From: Rebecca billardiae RCC1528
Lineage: Eukaryota; Protista; Haptophyta
Direction: 5' to 3'
Assembly: GCA_965240325.2 (NCBI GenBank)
Contig: OZ251233.1
Coordinates: 1,612,001-1,676,000 of the forward strand
DNA length: 64,000 nt
In this document: in pieces, positions 58,056 through 64,000 of the stretch
Position numbering within the stretch: position 1 is the stretch's first letter
Layout: each line of letters begins with the position of its first letter
Notes under the pieces: model-generated
Databases searched by the model: none
Seen by the model: only the letters and a program-made list of their open reading frames with translations
What the model was told of the DNA's origin: nothing
Translations under genes and position numbers: made by a program

Positions 58056-59769
58056 GGGGGGCCAAAGTGGCACTGTAGCGTTACTGACGGCCACGAGCGC
58101 GGGTCCTAGCGAGTGTTTAGAGCTGATTTCGGGCTGGATCATTTGCCCTCTGGAGGGGTCTGGGCCGGCCATGTAAAAAAATCAGGTGCACATACCCTGA
58201 ATATAGGGCGTAACGGCTAGCATATTTACTTATTAGAATGAGCCTGAACTTATTGGAAACGGTATGTAACGGTCGTCCTATATGTGACATATAGACCATG
58301 TCGACCTCACTTTGATAGAGCATCTCAGCGAGATCGTTCTGAGTCCCCAGCAGCAGCAGGTCCCAACATGCGATATAGGCTGTGTACTGGCAGGCTGTCA
58401 AATATGTAGTTTCCTAGAAGCCACCGATCGTTACATACCCACTGTGTATATAGGCGCCATGCTGATGAATACAGCCTCGTCTGATCTCGAGCTGCGAGAT
58501 ACGTTTTCAGACTGTGTATACGGCCACGCGTACGGCGTATTGCAGACATAGTAGACCCAAAGCACCGGCCCCACGTCCTTAGCCCGGGAGTGCTCTCGGT
58601 CATAGTCAAGGTTTAAAGTGACTCGAGCCAACCGTCACCGCTCCCTGGCCGAGACCTACGAGGCAGGTCAAATCTGTCGTCGTCGCAGTGCGGCACAGTG
58701 CCGAGCATGCGATTCGGCAGCAAACGTCTGCTCCAGGCGGTGGCTGGCGTGTCTGCACCAAACCAGGCTGGATGGGATTGGTCCATATAGGTACGCACTA
58801 CCCTGTTCCGCGCTATTTCTGGGCTTAGGGGCGGATATTCGGCCTACAGAGGCTGATCCGGCGCTGTTCGGCGCTCCTGGCTGGCTGCGCGGAGCCCACC
58901 GGCAAGCGCCGGCGTGTGCAAGGTGTCAAGATTGAGACGGTCTCTGACGCTCCCGCCGGTCTTGGGCGCACCAGGGTGCATGAGGGCCCATCTGCATCTG
59001 CTTCTGCAGGCATGAGCGTCACAGGGGCGCGCTTGCAGGCACGGTCGAGTGCACGTCGGACCTGTCGAATGAGCCAACCGCTGCCTGCGAGCACGCCCCG
59101 CGACGTCCTGAGAGGCGAATGGGAGGCGCCCAGACGCCATCAGAGGGCACACGTGACCCATACCCAACGTACTGACCATCGCAAGTGCCACGGCAGGTGC
59201 AAACACGGGCCCTACAAGCGGAACATGACAGTTGCGAGCTCCGCGGAGGTGTTGCGCGCGAGCTCGCGCCGGTCTGCTGACGGCGATTCCGGCGCAGCAG
59301 GGCAGGTTAGGCGAGCTGGGCATCCACATACATACATGGGCACTTGGTGCGAGCATCGATCTCAACTGTGCGAGTTGATCATGAGCCACACCGTGCGGTA
59401 GCGTGACGGGCGCACGCAGCGCGCCAATTCAAGCCGGCCGACGCGCGCCGCGCACGGCGCGAGATGGCCAAGAAGCGGGTGGTGAGCCGCTGGTGGCGCA
59501 AAGGCACGGGTCAGTAGCGCACACCAGCGTCACGCGCGCGCGCACCCGAGACCATCTCGGCGTCTCAAAGGTCGCGAGCGCGCGGCGGTCCACTGCCTCC
59601 GGCCGCTCGCGCTGGAGCGGAACCGAGCTCTGAGCGTCCGACGGCGTCGGAGCTCGATTTTCGAGCGGGGTCCGAGAAAAAGGCTCCGCGCCACCCTAAA
59701 AGGCCGAGGGCGGAGCGAAAATGCGACGCGACTTTGCTTTTCATTTTTAAATGGGCGGTTTGGCCCCCC
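58056..59769. mobile_element. Putative degenerate TIR DNA element (11-bp TIR GGGGGGCCAAA, TA flanks)
   Basis: TA|GGGGGGCCAAA at 58054-58066 and TTTGGCCCCCC|TA at 59759-59771 bracket a lower-GC segment with broken ORFs. Confidence 0.5.
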
Positions 59770-61030
59770 TATAACAAGTCGGCGCGGTCCGCGACGACGC
59801 TTAGCCGGCTTACCGTGTTGTCCAGCAGTAGTACTAGTAGCCCCGGCCTATTAACGCGGCCCCGCGGCCTCGACGAGAGTCACGGAATTAGAACTAGAAG
59901 TAGAACTAGATTAGTAGACTAGAAGGCGCCGAGCCGCTCGGAGACGCAGAGTACCCGCCTCGGACAGTTCTGCCCTGATTAATGCCACAGAATTCTAATG
60001 CACCGGACCGGCGGCGCGAGTCTGCGTGGCGCGGCGCCGACGCAGTTATATTCTTTAGAGTTACGGGCACGGACTGGCCCACCAGAACCGCGCCGGCGCG
60101 GGGACGCGGGCGCCGCGGGCGCGGGACTGACGTGAGGCGACTGGCGTACTCAGCATCGGAACCGCTTATCGCCGAAGATGTGACAATCGGATAGTCGCAT
60201 CAATATCGGTTACGGTATCGTGACTCGTGGGCGAATCCCGGACCGTACTGCTTGAAGACCGGTGCCGCCAGACTGCGGCTCCGCGCTGCGCCCGCCAAGT
60301 GGCAAGTTACTCGGACTGTGGTCGGTGGTCTGAGACTGGCTGCTAAGGTAGTTGGCGCCGCGCGTTGTCGGGTACGGGCGCGGGCGGACTCGGGACTCAG
60401 GGAAACGCGGGCTGCAGTGGGGTCCATCGAAACGGCCGCAAGTGCACCGAACAGCGAGCGGCTGCCGAGCGAGTGCACTCATTTGCACGCCCGCCCGCAA
60501 CCTGATGGCCGCACAAGATAGCTCTGCTCCTGTCCGGTTCGCGCAGTGGGCAGCTGTTGGGCACTTCCCTAGTCTGTACAGGTGTCAGATGAACCCCTTT
60601 GGCAGTGTCAGGTACTCAAGACTCGGGTTCAAGGTAAGATTCCGTCAACTTCGTTGATAGATACACTAGAACAGACGGGTGCAAAATGAGTGTCTGACTG
60701 TTGGAGGTCAGCCGAACGATGTCATTGGCTCGGTGCCTTTTTGGTGATTGGAAATGATGAGTGTCGGCCGCCGAACTCCTCGATTCTCGCATATTGATGA
60801 TGATTGCCCTCTATCTGAAGTTTACCCACCCGCGCAGATCTGGTCTCGAGCCTTCGAATTGGCGTTCGTCACTCGCTCTCATTGGCTAATGTGTGCCGAT
60901 GAATAGAATCCGAGCCCTGAATCACCATCAATCTCCCCTCCAACTCCTCGCGTGAAAAGCCTGCCGTGAACCGCGCCCCGCCATAGAGTCAGCTCGTCTC
61001 CTCGAGCGCAGCAGGCTCGCGCCCTCTGCA

Positions 61031-61648
61031 ATGACCACGAGCATCCCTCGTCAGCTCACGAGTGGTGACGAGTCGGAGGACTCGGATGTGGACTGGCTAG
61101 ACATTGGGGACCATTTGGACATCGACGACATCCTGCGAACGGCGAACATCTCCACCAATCTGTTGTCCACGCTCAGCATCGACATGCCACGCGCAGCACC
61201 GCACACGTCGTGGACGCCGCCAGAGGCATCTGGCCTGCAGAACAGCGAGCCATTGCCGCGGGCCCCGCTCGCGACAGCATTGGCATCTCCGTCGCCCGAA
61301 GGCGATCGCGCCCGCAAAGAGGTCGTCACGCGGCTCTCAAGGCGCGCATCATCGTCCATCAGGCCGCCATCGACGCCGGCGTCGCCCTCGACTCCCTCGC
61401 GCCAAACGCCACGTGCTGCGCCGCGCTTCGCATCTTCATACACGGGCGCACCCGAGCGGCAACGATCTGACGAGCTCTCGAATGACCAGCTCTCGGACGC
61501 CAACACCACCTGGGACTCGCCCGGGAGCGCAGACGAGAAGATGGGAGCGATGGACAGCTTGGTACCACGTGCAGCCAAGGATCGCTCGATGAGCGCGCCG
61601 CAAACGCGGCCCGTGATGATCGGGCTGGTACCTGCGTTCCTCGTCTAG
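61031..61648 (+). CDS. Hypothetical S/P/D-rich protein (205 aa)
   Basis: ATG-started ORF with plausible composition; no motif recognised. Confidence 0.35.
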   Translation: MTTSIPRQLTSGDESEDSDVDWLDIGDHLDIDDILRTANISTNLLSTLSIDMPRAAPHTSWTPPEASGLQNSEPLPRAPLATALASPSPEGDRARKEVVTRLSRRASSSIRPPSTPASPSTPSRQTPRAAPRFASSYTGAPERQRSDELSNDQLSDANTTWDSPGSADEKMGAMDSLVPRAAKDRSMSAPQTRPVMIGLVPAFLV

Positions 61649-62334
61649 ACGCGTGCTTGCACACCCTTCGAGGCCGCGCGTCATGGCCTGTCGGCAATGC
61701 GGCGTCGACCGGGGCTCTCATCGATCCACGCGCATGGCGCGCGTGGAGCCCCACCGCATCGACGCTCGCCGCCGCGCACGGGGCCGCGCATCGTTTCGGA
61801 GCAGCCGCGGCGGCCTCGCTCCACGGCATCTCCCGAGCGGCTGTGCCCACTCTTCTACGCCGGCGCACATGTCGGCGCGACACTCGGCGCCGTGGCACCC
61901 AGCGTGGGCGGCTTCGTCCAGGCGGCATATTGTACGGCGCCCTGTGGCGATGCCGTGTTGTCAGAGAGACCTCGCTCGCTTCTCGCTGCGCACGGCTGCG
62001 CGCACGAGTCCCTGCCCGAGCATCAGAGTGGTCGCAGCTTCTCTGGACGACGCTGCGACGACAGACGACGTCTCGGGCGCATTTTCGTGGGGCGAGCACG
62101 ACGCGTTGTTCGGTGCGAGCAACAGACCCGCAGGCCCTTGCCGTGAATCCGCGTTCGGCGCAGAGTCGCGTGACCGCGCGCCCGGTCCAGCACGGCCACG
62201 CGCCCACGGTCAGGATCGTCAGACGCCAGTGCGTGTCACATCCTCTCAGCTCTCTCTCAGTTTCAGTCACAGTCAGTTGTTTCAAAACAGAGCACATGAT
62301 GCATGCATGATGCGCAAGGCACTTACTACTGTAG

Positions 62335-63015
62335 GTGCATCTCATCACTCACTGGTCACCGCCCGCGCTGCCCAGACGTCGTCGAAAAGGCGGGCCACAA
62401 ACGCTCCGGTTGGCTTCTGCTGCCATTTCGCCAATCGCCGCCGGAGTTCGCGATTTTTCGTGTCCTCTTTCGCTCATTTTCCATTCCCGCCGCTGCTTAT
62501 TGCAATGCTTGCTTGTAGTTTTCATCGCATCGTCATCTTTTGCTCTTCCGCCTGGGTCGACAGCCACAGCCGCCATCGTTGCCCTCATCTTGCCGGCGGA
62601 AGCCCTCGCAAGCACGTACGGCACAATGCCGTCTGCAGAGTTGTGCGCGCTCGCCGCCGATGGCCTCGCCGACGCGGACCTCAACGTCCTAGGCGACCAC
62701 TCCGACGCGTTTGTGCGCCTGCATGTGGGCGAGTATACCTTCACGTCGCCGCACGTCGACGACGACCTCGCCCCCATCTGGGCATTTTGCACCCAGGAGA
62801 TCGAGGGCTGGGACGCGCCCACCGAGGTGCGTATCGAAGTACTGGATCACGACAACTTCTCCTCGGACGACCCCATAGGTGAGGTCACGGCCACACTCGA
62901 TCCAGCCGTTGACGTGGACACGTGGCTCGATCTCGTGCCGCAGGGGCGTGTGCACCTGCGCGTCCGAGCAAGGGAGCACCCGAATCCAGCCACGCCGCCA
63001 GCCAGCCCGCCGCCA

Positions 63016-63092
<77 letters not shown>

Positions 63093-63582
63093 AAGCCCAA
63101 GCCCAAGCCCGGAGGCACGCGTCAGCCCGAGCCCGAGCCTGCCCGTGCTACCGCCTCCGCCTTCGCCCACCGCAGACGTCTTTGCTCTCCCAGCCTCCGT
63201 CGAGCCACAGCTCGAGCCAGCTGGTGCGCACACTGCGGGCGCGGTCATCCTTGTGATCATGCTCGTCATCGCCGCGGCAGCTTCGCTCTTTGCTCTCGGG
63301 CGTGCCGTGCGCCTCCGTGCAAAGCGCTGGAGGGACGGTGGGCGGCTGATCCGCACGCACTCATCCGCCCACCCGCGCTGGCGACGCGCTGTCGACGGGC
63401 CAATCGCACCCGTCGGTGATGACGGCGACGACCTGCGCGTCATCGAGCTAGTGCAAGCTATTCCGATCGACGACAGCGTCCGCGTCGACGCGGAGGGCGT
63501 TGTCGTCGGCTCGGGTGTCGCCCAACAACCGCCCAACTACACGACGGCAGTGCTGAGCGACAAGCCTGCACTCGTCAACTGA
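62335..63582 (+). CDS. C2-domain protein with (Ser-Pro)n stalk and one TM helix; true start uncertain
   Basis: LADADL...SDAFVRL...VDDDLAPIW...[17 protein letters not shown] is a C2 signature with acidic Ca2+ ligands; SP repeat; [20 protein letters not shown] followed by basic residues. Confidence 0.8.
63014..63110. repeat. (AGCCCG)n hexamer repeat encoding (SP)n
   Basis: About 16 tandem hexamers. Confidence 0.9.
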
Positions 63583-64000
63583 TACAGTCTGAACTTGTGA
63601 ACTGCTGTCTGTGAAGCCGGCCGGCGGTGCCTATGATGTCGTCGCACTTATTATCTGAGCAACGCTCATGTCGGATGATTCGGCAGTGGTCTGTATATAG
63701 CAATAAGCTATTCACTTACCACATCAGTGCAGACGGATCAACCGGCTCTCATCTGTGATGATGATTGATGAGTCATTGTCAGCCCGATCATCAGCCGTCG
63801 TGCGGATTGGCCGGAATCGGATTCGGCTGCGCGCCGCCACCAGCGGCGGCCAGTCTTTGCTCTGCTCGGGGCGTGAGCGCAGCGTAGCTGAGCTTGGGCA
63901 TGATCGGGGCCAGCGTGGTGCCCGTGTGGTAGGCGATGGGCGCGCTGCGCTCGCTGGGATCTGCGAGGCCGATCTGCCAGCTGTCCACGAGGCCTGCGAG

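Overview
GC-rich eukaryotic nuclear DNA, most likely a haptophyte microalga of Pavlovales/Diacronema type. This is inferred from the fucoxanthin-chlorophyll LHC gene, short GC-rich introns with GTGCGC donors, and an EsV-1-7 repeat gene. About 20 protein genes are supported, many in head-to-head pairs: AP2 transcription factor, calpain-like protease, TSNAXIP1-like protein, XPA-C-like small protein, RPC9, anoctamin, DUF202-like protein, Shewanella-like phosphatase, two CRIP1a/CNRIP1-like paralogs, thiamine triphosphatase, EsV-1-7 repeat protein, YqeH/NOA1 GTPase, GT90, LHC, MMS2/UEV1, an ankyrin protein and a C2-domain membrane protein. Three signals stand out. (1) A 5'-truncated CRE-like RT+RLE non-LTR retrotransposon with an atypical GHDD active site sits in a (TA)n tract, together with a second inverted 3'-end copy and a possible third tiny remnant, suggesting (TA)n-microsatellite targeting. 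(2) Two divergently transcribed homologs of the cannabinoid-receptor-interacting protein CRIP1a, known mainly from animals. (3) A nest of foldback DNA elements (P/Galileo-like with 7-bp TSD, Kolobok-like with TTAA TSD), both inserted into the same CCACATTAAGG motif family of an older element. Most long ORFs in the supplied track are GC-rich shadow ORFs. All family assignments are from motif recognition by eye; no database search was run.
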